From contig JAHPZH010000006.1 in NCBI GenBank assembly GCA_019058315.1, forward strand, positions 192,001 through 256,000: a stretch of 64,000 nucleotides of DNA, read 5' to 3'. Source of the stretch: Candidatus Helarchaeota archaeon (GTDB lineage: Archaea; Asgardarchaeota; Lokiarchaeia; Helarchaeales; RDOG01). A program made the translations under genes and the position numbers. The notes beneath the pieces were generated by a model that made no database searches, had not been told where the DNA came from, and was given only the letters and a program-made list of their open reading frames with translations. Positions 20,419 through 30,672 of this stretch are shown one piece after another (position 1 is the first letter of the stretch; each line of letters begins with the position of its first letter).

Positions 20419-21928
20419 GTTTTACACCTAAAATTTCTGCTATTTTTGGATTTGAACCAACATATCTTAATCTATCTCTATTCCCTTTTAGGCTTTCAAC
20501 TGAATCAATTCCTAAAGCACCTAAGATCTCTCTTAATTCTTCATTCCATGCTTTAAAAAGATTTGTTATTCGTTTTGCTGAAACATCAACATCTAATCTA
20601 TGAACTAAATCTGCCCTTTGAGTAGCAATGCCCCATGTACATAAACCTCTATGACAACTCTGACAAACTGTACATCCCATTGCAATCAAAACAGGTGTAC
20701 ATACTTGAGCGGCATCTGCCCCCAAAGCTATTATCTTAACTAAATCTGCAGAATAACGAATACTACCTCCTGCAAATAAAGTGATATTTTGTCTAATACC
20801 CTCTTCTCTTAATCTTTGATCTACAGCCGCAATGGCTAGCTCAATAGGAATACCAGCATGATCACGAATTATTCTAGGGGCTGCTCCAGTTCCTCCTCTA
20901 AAACCATCTATGGTTATAAAATCTGCGTCTGCTCTGGCGATTCCACTAGAGATTGGGGCTACATTATGAACCGCTGCGATCTTAACTCCTACAGGTACTT
21001 GATAATCTGTTGTTTCCTTTAAGGCAGCAATTAATTGAGCTAGATCTTCTATAGAATAAATGTCATGATGTGGATATGGAGATAAAGCATCAGATCCTTG
21101 AGGAATCATTCTTGTTTCGGAAATCATTTTAGAAACTTTTTCTCCAGGAAGGTGACCACCATGACCTGGCTTTGCTCCTTGACCTATTTTAATTTCTAAT
21201 GCCGCAACTTCTTTAAGATATCTATTATCTACTCCAAAACGACCGGAAGCAACTTCACTGATAACATTATCTTTATATTGAAAGAAATCTTTATGCAATC
21301 CTCCTTCTCCAGTACCAGCTAGGGTACCAATTCTTTTTGCAGCTTTCAAAATAGAAAGACAAGCATTATAACTAATTGAACCTATCGACATATGCCCAAC
21401 AATTATTGGTGTCTGAATTTCTATATTTGGAGGATATTCTAAAGCTAGAACTACATCTCTTAAGTCAGTTTCAAATTCTAATTGTGATAATTTTTTCCCA
21501 ACAAATACTTTTGTTTCTACTGGTTCTCTAAGTGGATCTATTGCGGGATTTGTAACTTGACAAGCATCCATTAATAGATCATCAAATACGTGATGATATG
21601 CCAAATCATTTCCTGTCGATGCTAATAATACTCCCCCAGTGCCTGATTGTTCAAATATTATACGTCTAATTCTATCATTATAATTATAATGAGGTGCATA
21701 TTGTACATCATTCACTCTTACTGTTATAGCACTTTGAGGGCACATTAAAGCACAACGTTGACACATAACACATTCATAATTATCAGCAACAATACGTTCT
21801 CCATTAAACGAGAGTGCTCCATAAGAACAATTGATTGTACATCTTTTACATAAAATACATCGTTCTCTATCAATATTGACAAGAAATTTTGGAGGTACTC
21901 TATGTCTGATGTTAGATTCTAAAGCCAT
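20405..21928 (-). CDS. gltB: Archaeal-type glutamate synthase FMN-binding subunit with N-terminal 2[4Fe-4S] ferredoxin
   Basis: Two CxxCxxCxxxC motifs; TGEGG, EIKIGQGAKPGHGGHLPGEKV, GGTGAA, CTVCQSCHRGLC. Confidence 0.93.
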   Translation of the reverse strand: MALESNIRHRVPPKFLVNIDRERCILCKRCTINCSYGALSFNGERIVADNYECVMCQRCALMCPQSAITVRVNDVQYAPHYNYNDRIRRIIFEQSGTGGVLLASTGNDLAYHHVFDDLLMDACQVTNPAIDPLREPVETKVFVGKKLSQLEFETDLRDVVLALEYPPNIEIQTPIIVGHMSIGSISYNACLSILKAAKRIGTLAGTGEGGLHKDFFQYKDNVISEVASGRFGVDNRYLKEVAALEIKIGQGAKPGHGGHLPGEKVSKMISETRMIPQGSDALSPYPHHDIYSIEDLAQLIAALKETTDYQVPVGVKIAAVHNVAPISSGIARADADFITIDGFRGGTGAAPRIIRDHAGIPIELAIAAVDQRLREEGIRQNITLFAGGSIRYSADLVKIIALGADAAQVCTPVLIAMGCTVCQSCHRGLCTWGIATQRADLVHRLDVDVSAKRITNLFKAWNEELREILGALGIDSVESLKGNRDRLRYVGSNPKIAEILGVKHAGD

Positions 21929-21943
21929 ATTTTCACCTATTTA

Positions 21944-23098
21944 TTAACTTCCTTGAAAATTCATTGGCAATAAATTTCTTTGATTACCAACCGAAATAAT
22001 CCCTTTACCAAGTTCTGCAATTACGGGTACCCCTGCAGTTGGTTCCCAAATTCTTTCTATTCCATTTGCAACATGTTTTATAGCACTTTCTTCACTGCTT
22101 ATATAAACAATATTTTGATCCTCAGATAGTCCTGCGATTAATGGACGTAATTTCTTCCGATCTGTTAATCCAATTATTGAAGGAACAGGTCTATTACAAC
22201 CCACTAGAATACTGAATGGACCATTTAGCATTGCAGAACCGTAATTGACTCGTAACAATTTAAAAATATTTTGATATCCATTTGTCATTCTAGTAATTTC
22301 GTCATAATAAGGTGGGGCTACAATATTACAAGCCATCAATTTGGATAATCTATGCTTTCTTGTTAATAAATCGAATAGATAAGCTACAACTTCAGTGTCT
22401 GTTAATAATCTGCATTTATATCCCCACATTTCCAAATATCTTTTATTAGTTCCATAAGAAGTTATTTCTCCATTGTGCACAACAGAATAATCAAGAATAT
22501 TAAATGGATGAGCTCCTCCCCACCAACCTGGCGTATTTGTTGGAAAGCGAGAATGACCTAACCAAAGGTAACCCTTATAACGTTCAATTTGATAAAAATC
22601 TGCAATATCAGCTGACCAGCCGTTTCCTTTAAATACGACCATATTTTTACCACTAGATAAACAAAAAGCACCATTAATTTCGGAATTTATATACATCACT
22701 ACATCGACAATGAAATCATCAGGATTACTCATTTTCGGAGAAACATCAATAAAATATCGCCAAATAATGGGTGCAGGAGAAATATTATTTGATACTGGAC
22801 ATTTTTCATCTTTAATAATGTCCACTACTGTTTTCAAATATTCTTCTACATTATTTTTAGCAATTAAATCATCTAATAATAGTTGTATACAGTATAGATC
22901 TTGAAGATTAGGCCACACTCCATAAACAGCATAACCACCACCTAATCCATTTTCTCGATCTTTTAAAACTGACATCATCCTCTTAACTTTTACTCCACTT
23001 TCAAGTTTTCCATCAATATTTAAAAAACCTGCAATTCCACATGCATCAAAAATTTTATCATCCTTTCGTTCTGGCATATTTGCAAAAGAAATCTTCAT
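21944..23098 (-). CDS. Glutamate synthase, stand-alone class II amidotransferase (domain 1) subunit
   Basis: DACGIAG, HSRFPTNTPGWWGGAHPF, HNGEI, TDTEV. Confidence 0.92.
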   Translation of the reverse strand: MKISFANMPERKDDKIFDACGIAGFLNIDGKLESGVKVKRMMSVLKDRENGLGGGYAVYGVWPNLQDLYCIQLLLDDLIAKNNVEEYLKTVVDIIKDEKCPVSNNISPAPIIWRYFIDVSPKMSNPDDFIVDVVMYINSEINGAFCLSSGKNMVVFKGNGWSADIADFYQIERYKGYLWLGHSRFPTNTPGWWGGAHPFNILDYSVVHNGEITSYGTNKRYLEMWGYKCRLLTDTEVVAYLFDLLTRKHRLSKLMACNIVAPPYYDEITRMTNGYQNIFKLLRVNYGSAMLNGPFSILVGCNRPVPSIIGLTDRKKLRPLIAGLSEDQNIVYISSEESAIKHVANGIERIWEPTAGVPVIAELGKGIISVGNQRNLLPMNFQGS

Positions 23099-24423
23099 GT
23101 TTCCACATCCGTATCTGATTTTTTATGAATTAATTTTTTCAAATCATCAATACCATCCATTAAATCAATAGAAAGATCTAATTTTTTTCTTTGGCTTAAT
23201 ATCTTTCCAGTTGCTATTCCTTCTTTAAGGAATTTTTTAGATTCTGAAGTAATAGATTGAGGTCCATAACCTAATTTTATAGCCAAATTTCTTAATTTTG
23301 TAAAAAAATGCGCGAGTCCCATTCTTTGAGGACATTTTTCTAAACAAGAATAACAATTTAAGCAGTACCAGATTCCATCGCTTTTAATTGCTTCTTCAAT
23401 TTTACCATCTATGATTAAATCAACGTATTTAAGGGGATCAAATTCAAGTATACTTACCAAAGAACAATCTTGAGAACAAGCTCTACATTTTGCACAATTT
23501 TTTAAAAGATCCAATCTGAAATTTTCAGAATTAATTTGTATTTCTTGTTTAGGTGTAAAATCGCTTAGTTTAAAGTCAGCTTTAATTTTATGTTGTTTTA
23601 ATAAATTATCGATTTCATCTATTCCTAAAGCCATTGCTATGATTTCTGATAGATGAAGAACAGGTATAGAAACTTCAAAATTATTTTTTTGTAATTTAAG
23701 TTGCCCAATTTCAAATTGAAGAAAACAATATGGGCATAAAACTGCTATACAATCTGCACCTGCGTTTTTAATATTGGATATCTTTTTAGTTATTGATTTA
23801 AAAGAATCCATTTCATCAATGAAATTTAGGCTACCACCGCAACACATATCTTTACCCTCATAATCGACATTTTTAGCTCCTAGTGTCGTCAATATTTTCT
23901 CGATTGATCGTGGTCTGCGGTGATCATCGAATTCCACAATATTTGATGGTCTGATTAAATGACATCCATAATGAGTAGCAATTTTAAGATCGCTTAAATC
24001 AAGAGTTACTTGCTGTTCAAGCCTTTTTAAGCCTATATCACGTAGAATTAATTCATGAAGATGCTTGATCTTAACTTTTCCTTTGAAATTAAGATCTAAT
24101 TTATCTAATTCTAGATTAATTTTATTTAATAAATTACTATCTTCTTTTAATAATGTTGAGACTTTTCGAAAAGTACTATAACAACCATTACAAATTGTAA
24201 ATATATCTAGATTTAAACTTTCAGCAATTGCTAAATTCCTAGCTGCTGTTAAAATCCATAATTCTTCGTTATAACTTTGTAAACCTTGTGGATCTGGACA
24301 ACATGTGAATTCTTTTGGTTCCCTTAATTTAATATTAAACCTATTTGCTACTAACCTCATCGATTTTTCGATATAAGGAAAACGATATGTAATTAAACAT
24401 CCAGGATAAAAAATCATTTCCAA
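23095..24423 (-). CDS. Heterodisulfide reductase HdrB-like (two CCG domains) fused to C-terminal HdrC-like 2[4Fe-4S] domain
   Basis: YPGC, TCCPDP, CNGC, HYGCH, CCGG, CPYC; then CAKCRACSQDC and CLNCYSCLEKCP. Confidence 0.88.
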   Translation of the reverse strand: MEMIFYPGCLITYRFPYIEKSMRLVANRFNIKLREPKEFTCCPDPQGLQSYNEELWILTAARNLAIAESLNLDIFTICNGCYSTFRKVSTLLKEDSNLLNKINLELDKLDLNFKGKVKIKHLHELILRDIGLKRLEQQVTLDLSDLKIATHYGCHLIRPSNIVEFDDHRRPRSIEKILTTLGAKNVDYEGKDMCCGGSLNFIDEMDSFKSITKKISNIKNAGADCIAVLCPYCFLQFEIGQLKLQKNNFEVSIPVLHLSEIIAMALGIDEIDNLLKQHKIKADFKLSDFTPKQEIQINSENFRLDLLKNCAKCRACSQDCSLVSILEFDPLKYVDLIIDGKIEEAIKSDGIWYCLNCYSCLEKCPQRMGLAHFFTKLRNLAIKLGYGPQSITSESKKFLKEGIATGKILSQRKKLDLSIDLMDGIDDLKKLIHKKSDTDVET

Positions 24424-24792
24424 TATATATTGCTTCCAGTTTAATTGATCATAGTTATTACGAGAAACTTCAAATAATAATCTTTTTCGTCATTTTTGAT
24501 ACCTTTTTACTTAAAAATAATATTTTATTTTGTATATTAAGTCGGTTAACTTAGATAAATGTGACAATATATTAGGCAAAAAATACCATAATATACAAAA
24601 TTAATGATGACAATAATCAATTCTTTACATAATATTATTTTGTAAAATTTCCTCTTTACTTTTTGATAAATATGCTACTTTATGATATAAATAGTGACAC
24701 TATGCCTCAAATAAAATTAATAAATGATAAATAATAACTTAATATTAAACATAAAAAAAAGTGAACAAAAGAATTAAAAACTATTATATTAC

Positions 24793-24806
24793 TGAACATA
24801 TATTCA
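24793..24806. promoter_or_regulatory. Putative operator TGAACATATATTCA upstream of glnA
   Basis: Matches the TGAAYAWWTRTTCA palindrome; second TGAACA 31 bp upstream at 24762. Confidence 0.6.
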
Positions 24807-24844
24807 AAAGAATTAAGAAAAACAATAAAGTTAGGTGTTTGAAA

Positions 24845-26308
24845 ATGCAAATAATTGAGACTGTTGAATCGATTAAGAAAAAACTAACAGATAATAATAT
24901 AAATTGGGTACTTTGTGCAATGACCGATATCCGAGGGATTTTCCAAAGTTTCAGCTCACCTGTTGAAAAATTTTTAGAAGATGATCAATATTTTGAAACA
25001 GGAATAGGATTTGATGGCTCTTCAATTCGAGGTTTTAAATCAATTGATGAAAGTGATATGATATTCTTCCCAGATCCAAATGGTGTTTATATACTTCCTT
25101 GGGTGAATGGAGAAACTAGAAGTGCTGTAATAATTGGAGATATTAGAGAACCATTTGGAAGTGATCAGGCATCAGATGTGGATCCAAGAGGTTTTGTGTC
25201 AAAAAATGCAGTAAAATTAGCAAAAAGTATGGGATATACATCATACTTTGGACCAGAGATTGAATTCTTTGTATTTAAGTCAATAAATCCATCAAAACTA
25301 CAATATGACTATTTTGTTTCGCCTAATGGCGGTTCTTCGGATAGCTGGGGACCACCCCGAATAGTACCAGAGTCACCTGATGCGACACCAGGTGGTTATA
25401 TTCTGCGACCTAAGGAAGCATATTTTAGAAACCCTCCTGAAGATACAACGCATGATTTTAGAAATGATTTTGCAAATGCATTGATAAAAATGGGATATCA
25501 AATTGAAATGTCTCACCATGAAGTTGCTTCACATGGTCAAGTTGAGATCAATTTCAAATATGGTGATTTAGTTCAAACAGCGGATCGTGTCCAAATTTAT
25601 AAATTTGCGGCTAGAAATATAGCAAAAAAATACGGTTGGATAGCTACATTTATGCCTAAACCAATTTATCTCGATAATGCGAGTGGTATGCATGTTCACA
25701 ACTCTCTTTTCAACAATGGAACAAATGTATTCTATGATCCTAATGATAATTATGCAGAGATAAGCCAAGAATGTCGATATTATATTGGTGGGTTATTAGA
25801 ACACGCAAAAGCTTTGACAGCTCTTTGTTGTCCTACAGTAAATTCTTACAAGAGATTAGTTCCAGGATTTGAAGCACCAATAAATGTAATGTACAGTAGA
25901 AGAAATAGGTCTGCTCTGGTGAGAATTCCTGTCTATCTAAAGGGTGAAAAATATCAAAAAAGGAAAAGAGTTGAATATAGAGGTGTAGACCCATCTACTA
26001 ATTCCTATCTAGCCTTTGCTGCTATTTTGACAGCAGGTTTGGATGGCATCAAGAAGAAAATTGATCCTGGAGATCCTGTAGATGAAGATGTGTACGAAAT
26101 GACTACTGAAGAAAAAAATGCACATGGAGTAAACCAACTGCCTACAACTCTTAAAGATGCATTGGATGAGTTGTCAACAGACGAAGTTCTACAAAAAGCA
26201 TTAGGTAGTCACGTCTATGATGCTTTTATAGACTATAAAACAAACGAATGGAATCAATTTTGTCTCTATGTTACTCCTTGGGAAATAATGAAATACTTGG
26301 ATTACTAA
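24845..26308 (+). CDS. glnA: Glutamine synthetase type I
   Basis: FDGSSIRGF, GPEIEFF, HHEVA, TFMPKP, SGMHVH, NSYKRLVPGFEAP, NRSA; ATG 24845 follows AGGTG. Confidence 0.96.
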   Translation: MQIIETVESIKKKLTDNNINWVLCAMTDIRGIFQSFSSPVEKFLEDDQYFETGIGFDGSSIRGFKSIDESDMIFFPDPNGVYILPWVNGETRSAVIIGDIREPFGSDQASDVDPRGFVSKNAVKLAKSMGYTSYFGPEIEFFVFKSINPSKLQYDYFVSPNGGSSDSWGPPRIVPESPDATPGGYILRPKEAYFRNPPEDTTHDFRNDFANALIKMGYQIEMSHHEVASHGQVEINFKYGDLVQTADRVQIYKFAARNIAKKYGWIATFMPKPIYLDNASGMHVHNSLFNNGTNVFYDPNDNYAEISQECRYYIGGLLEHAKALTALCCPTVNSYKRLVPGFEAPINVMYSRRNRSALVRIPVYLKGEKYQKRKRVEYRGVDPSTNSYLAFAAILTAGLDGIKKKIDPGDPVDEDVYEMTTEEKNAHGVNQLPTTLKDALDELSTDEVLQKALGSHVYDAFIDYKTNEWNQFCLYVTPWEIMKYLDY

Positions 26309-26329
26309 TTTCTTTTTTTTTTCGGTTGA

Positions 26330-27073
26330 TTGATGATGTCGACCCCTCAAAAAAATTTAAAAAATAAAATCAAAAATCCAATCTTAATTTTAAAAAATAA
26401 TGAGAATGAGGGGCCTGGATTAATAAAAATTTTTTTTGAAGAAAATAATATTGATTATGAAATCAAAGAATTTTACCAAAATGATGAGGAATTAAATTTA
26501 GATTCATTTTCTGCTTATATTATTCTTGGAGGTCCCATGAGTGCCAATGATGATCTACCATTCATAAATAAAGAAATCAAACTTATCCAAGAAATTATTC
26601 ATAGAAATATTCCATTTCTTGGTATATGTTTAGGAAGTCAACTACTTGCAAAAAGTGGTGGAGCTTTTGTAAAAATAAATGGAATAAAAGAAATTGGTGT
26701 TTATAATGTTTTCTTAACTTCCATGGGAATAGAATGTCCTCTTTTTAAAGATATAAAAAATCCTATAAAGGTATTTCAATGGCATGGGGAAACTTTCTCA
26801 ATTCCTCCTTTAGGAAAATGGCTTGCAACTTCTGAAACTTGTAAAAATCAAGCAGTTCAGCTTGGAAATGCCTTTGGTTTGCAATTTCATCTTGAATTTA
26901 CCCCGAAAATGGTGAAACAAATAATTGATCAAAATATCCATGAATTCAACAATGATAAAGAAATTGTAGATATTTTAAATCAATTTGAAAAGTATTATCC
27001 AGAAATAAAGGATTTGGGATATAAATTAATCCAAAATTTTTTGAAGATAATAAATAAACCATTTAATACTTGA
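26330..27073 (+). CDS. Class I glutamine amidotransferase (stand-alone)
   Basis: ILGGPMS, GICLGSQLLA, FQWHGE, QFHLE (Cys-His-Glu triad). Confidence 0.9.
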   Translation: MMMSTPQKNLKNKIKNPILILKNNENEGPGLIKIFFEENNIDYEIKEFYQNDEELNLDSFSAYIILGGPMSANDDLPFINKEIKLIQEIIHRNIPFLGICLGSQLLAKSGGAFVKINGIKEIGVYNVFLTSMGIECPLFKDIKNPIKVFQWHGETFSIPPLGKWLATSETCKNQAVQLGNAFGLQFHLEFTPKMVKQIIDQNIHEFNNDKEIVDILNQFEKYYPEIKDLGYKLIQNFLKIINKPFNT

Positions 27074-27118
27074 ATTTAGAGGCTTTATTGATTTTATATG
27101 TTTATAACCTGAATAAAG

Positions 27119-27907
27119 ATGATTAATCTGAATATTGAACAAGAAACAAATCGAATTATAGATTTTATAAAAAAAATTTTCAAAAAATCAAATGCTAAAG
27201 GAATTCTTTTAGGAATAAGCGGTGGAATTGACTCGGCAACAACAGCTGCTTTATGCACCCGCGCAATTGGAAAAAATAATATGTTATCTTTAATTCTACC
27301 TTGTCATTCAAATGATAATGATTTAAAAGATGCTAAATCTGTTGCAGATTATCTTGGAATCAAGCATATAATTGTTAATTTAAATGAAACTTATGATATC
27401 ATTTTAAAAACATTTGAAAATGTCAATGATTTTAAAAATGAAAATTTAGAAATTCCAAAAGCTAACTTAAAGGCTAGGTTAAGAATGTGCTCAGTTTACT
27501 ATTTTGCCAACTTGTTGAATTATTTAGTCGCTGGAACTGGAAATAAATCTGAAGATGATATCGGTTATTTTACAAAATATGGAGATGGTGGGGTTGATTT
27601 TCTTCCTATACAACATTTATATAAGCATGAAGTTAGAGAGGTTGCAAGATTTCTTAAAATTCCTGATAAAATTATCGAAAGGAAACCAACTGCAGGATTA
27701 TGGGAGGGACAAACCGATGAAGATGAATTATCCAAACAGTTGGGATTTAAAATTACTTATGATAAATTAGATGAAATGTTAATGAACATCGAAAATGGCA
27801 AATTTGATATGCATAATGGAGAATATAAAAATTTAACACAATTAATGAAGAAAAATCGGCATAAAATAGAGTTACCACCTAACCTGCAACGAAAAAACGA
27901 AAATTAA
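27119..27907 (+). CDS. nadE: NH3-dependent NAD+ synthetase
   Basis: GISGGIDS, NLKARLRM, GTGNKSE, GYFTKYGDGG, PTAGLW; no glutaminase domain. Confidence 0.95.
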   Translation: MINLNIEQETNRIIDFIKKIFKKSNAKGILLGISGGIDSATTAALCTRAIGKNNMLSLILPCHSNDNDLKDAKSVADYLGIKHIIVNLNETYDIILKTFENVNDFKNENLEIPKANLKARLRMCSVYYFANLLNYLVAGTGNKSEDDIGYFTKYGDGGVDFLPIQHLYKHEVREVARFLKIPDKIIERKPTAGLWEGQTDEDELSKQLGFKITYDKLDEMLMNIENGKFDMHNGEYKNLTQLMKKNRHKIELPPNLQRKNEN

Positions 27908-27975
27908 GATTAATTTTGATTGAAAAAGATATTGTTGAAAAATTAAAACCAAAATTGTAATGAATGAAATAAAAA

Positions 27976-30606
27976 ATGGATAAAGAAATTAAATTAAATT
28001 TTAGTTCAGGAATTCCTGCATTAGATGAAATCCTACAGGGAGTGCTTCCTGGAGATAATGTAATTTTTAAAATAGATAGGCTTGAAAATTATATTCCATT
28101 TGTAAACGCATTCTGTAATTATGTCAATAAGGAAAATTTGGATTTAATATATCTCCGTTTTAATAATCATCAATATTTGTTACCAAAAAATATCAAAGCA
28201 ACAGTCTATGAATTGAATCCAAAAAAAGGATTTGATTATTTCATATCTGATATTATAAAAATCATTGATAAGCATGGAGTCGGAGCTTGTTATGTTTTTG
28301 ATTCTCTGTCCGATTTAGCTGTGAATTGGTATTCTAATGTCATGTTAGGAAATTTTTTCATGCTTATATGTCCTTATTTATATAAATTAAAAACTGTAGC
28401 TTATTTTGGATTATTTCGAAATTATCATGATTCAAAAACACTGAAAGATATTCAAAATACTGCTCAAGTAATTATTGACGTATATCAAGATGGGGAAAAT
28501 TCCCTTTATGTTCATCCAGTTAAAGTTTTCGAACGTTTTTCTTCAAAGATATTCATGTTGCATAAATGGTCTGATTTAAACAATCCCCTTAGTTCATTTC
28601 AAACTATAAAATCCAGTACAAGAATTGCTAATATTATTTCTAAAAAGCATTTCATATCTCTGAATCCAATTCAAGATCATATTGATGCTTGGAATCTCAC
28701 CTTTCAAGAAGCTCAAAAAACATTGGAAGGAATAGTTCTAGGGCAAATATCTGTCAAAGAATTAAATGCATTTAAGAGTAAGATATTAAGAAAAGCTATT
28801 GTTCAAGATGAATTCCAATTAAATTTGGCTCTAAAGTATTTTGACTTAGATGATATTCTTGATATAAGAAAACGAATGATCGGCACAGGATTTATTGGAG
28901 GAAAATCCTTGGGCATGTTACTTTCAAGAGCAATAGTAAAAAAGGAAATTCCAGAATTAGAACAAAAGTTAGAGGTACAAGATTCCTTTTTTTTAGGTAC
29001 TGACATATTTTATACATATCTAGTCAAAAATGACTGTTGGTGGTTACGAAGAAAGTTATCAAATCCTGAAACTTTTCTTGAGGGATTGGAAGAAACATGT
29101 GATAAAATGCAATCAGGAACATTTCCGGACTATTTAATTGAAAAATTTATTGAAATGTTGGATTATTTTGGGCAGGCCCCAATAATTGTTCGCTCAAGTA
29201 GTTTACAAGAAGATTCTTATGCAGATTCTTTTTCTGGTAAAGCTGTCAGTATCTTCTTAACTAACCAGGGAACTCTTGATGAACGTTTAAAAGAATTTCT
29301 CAAAGCAATTCGTACCGTTTATACAAGTTCAATTAGTCCAAATACTCTGTGTTACCGAAAAAACCGTTTACTATTGGATAAAGATGAACAAATGGCGATA
29401 TTAGTTCAACGGGTCTCTGGATCAATTTATGGAAAATACTTTTTCCCACATATTGCGGGTACAGGTTACTCTTTCAATCCTTATGTATGGAATGAAAGAA
29501 TTGATCCAAATGCTGGATTTTTGCGTTTGGTGTTTGGACTTGGAACGAGAGCTACAAGTCGAACAGATGATGATTTTCCAAGATTGGTTGCACTAAATGA
29601 ACCTTCCTTGCGAGTTGAGAGTACACTTGATGAAATTCAAAGATATTCCCAGAAAAAAGTTGATCTATTAGACATTGAAAAGAATAAATTTATTACAAAG
29701 AATTTTTTAGATTTTCAATCTATTAAAGATAGTTTACCAATGCATATCTTTGCTACATATGATTATGAACTTGAAAAACGAATGCAGCAATTAGGTAGAG
29801 AATTTATTTTTCCTTGGGTCTTAACCTTTAATCATCTCTTGGAAAAAACAGACTTTACAAAGAATATGATAAGAATATTAAATGCTTTAAAAATGGCATA
29901 CAAATGTCCTGTTGATATAGAATTTGCCGTAAACTTCTTTGATGATCAAAATTATAATATAAATCTTTTACAATGCCGTCCATTTCAAGTTAAAGATCAA
30001 ATAAAAGACATACCAGAACCTAAAGATATTGAAAATAAATCTATTATATTCCAAACTTCAGGTCCTATAATTGGAAATAGCATTGCAACTAAAATTGATC
30101 GCATTATTTATATTGAACCTGAAGTCTTTAGCAAAATGACCATACAAGAAAGATATTCTATTGCCCGTTTAATTGGAAAAATAAATCAATTAAGTGAAAA
30201 ATCAGATAAAAAAATAATGCTTATAGGCGCCGGAAGGTGGGGGACATCAACACCAAGTTATGGAGTTCCAGTTTCATTCGCTGAAATTAATAATATATCA
30301 ATTATTTGTGAAATTAGAGAAAAAATGGGGCATTTAACTCCAGATGTCTCATTAGGAACTCATTTTTTTAATGATCTTGTAGAATGTGATATGCTCTATT
30401 TTATAATTTATCCTGAAAAAGAGAGGTATTCTATAAATCGAAATTATTTTAGAAAAGCAAAAAATTCACTTACAAAGTTAATACCCGAATCTGAACAATG
30501 GTCTCAAGCTATCAAAGTCATAGATTTAGATACAAATGGTTCCATAATCCATATCTACATGAATGCTTTTAAACAAGATGGGATTGGTTATTTGACAAAT
30601 GAATAA
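27976..30606 (+). CDS. PEP/pyruvate-binding (PEP synthase N-terminal-like) protein with N-terminal KaiC/RecA-like region
   Basis: SSGIPALDEIL N-terminus; IGGKSLG, VRSSSLQED, FSGK, MAILVQ, VFGLGTRA, DIEFA, LLQCRP, GRWGT. Confidence 0.85.
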   Translation: MDKEIKLNFSSGIPALDEILQGVLPGDNVIFKIDRLENYIPFVNAFCNYVNKENLDLIYLRFNNHQYLLPKNIKATVYELNPKKGFDYFISDIIKIIDKHGVGACYVFDSLSDLAVNWYSNVMLGNFFMLICPYLYKLKTVAYFGLFRNYHDSKTLKDIQNTAQVIIDVYQDGENSLYVHPVKVFERFSSKIFMLHKWSDLNNPLSSFQTIKSSTRIANIISKKHFISLNPIQDHIDAWNLTFQEAQKTLEGIVLGQISVKELNAFKSKILRKAIVQDEFQLNLALKYFDLDDILDIRKRMIGTGFIGGKSLGMLLSRAIVKKEIPELEQKLEVQDSFFLGTDIFYTYLVKNDCWWLRRKLSNPETFLEGLEETCDKMQSGTFPDYLIEKFIEMLDYFGQAPIIVRSSSLQEDSYADSFSGKAVSIFLTNQGTLDERLKEFLKAIRTVYTSSISPNTLCYRKNRLLLDKDEQMAILVQRVSGSIYGKYFFPHIAGTGYSFNPYVWNERIDPNAGFLRLVFGLGTRATSRTDDDFPRLVALNEPSLRVESTLDEIQRYSQKKVDLLDIEKNKFITKNFLDFQSIKDSLPMHIFATYDYELEKRMQQLGREFIFPWVLTFNHLLEKTDFTKNMIRILNALKMAYKCPVDIEFAVNFFDDQNYNINLLQCRPFQVKDQIKDIPEPKDIENKSIIFQTSGPIIGNSIATKIDRIIYIEPEVFSKMTIQERYSIARLIGKINQLSEKSDKKIMLIGAGRWGTSTPSYGVPVSFAEINNISIICEIREKMGHLTPDVSLGTHFFNDLVECDMLYFIIYPEKERYSINRNYFRKAKNSLTKLIPESEQWSQAIKVIDLDTNGSIIHIYMNAFKQDGIGYLTNE

Positions 30607-30672
30607 CCAGTTCTTTCTATATTAATAATTTTATCAAGTTAAGTCAATGTTGCATGTTTAAGATGGTTTAAA

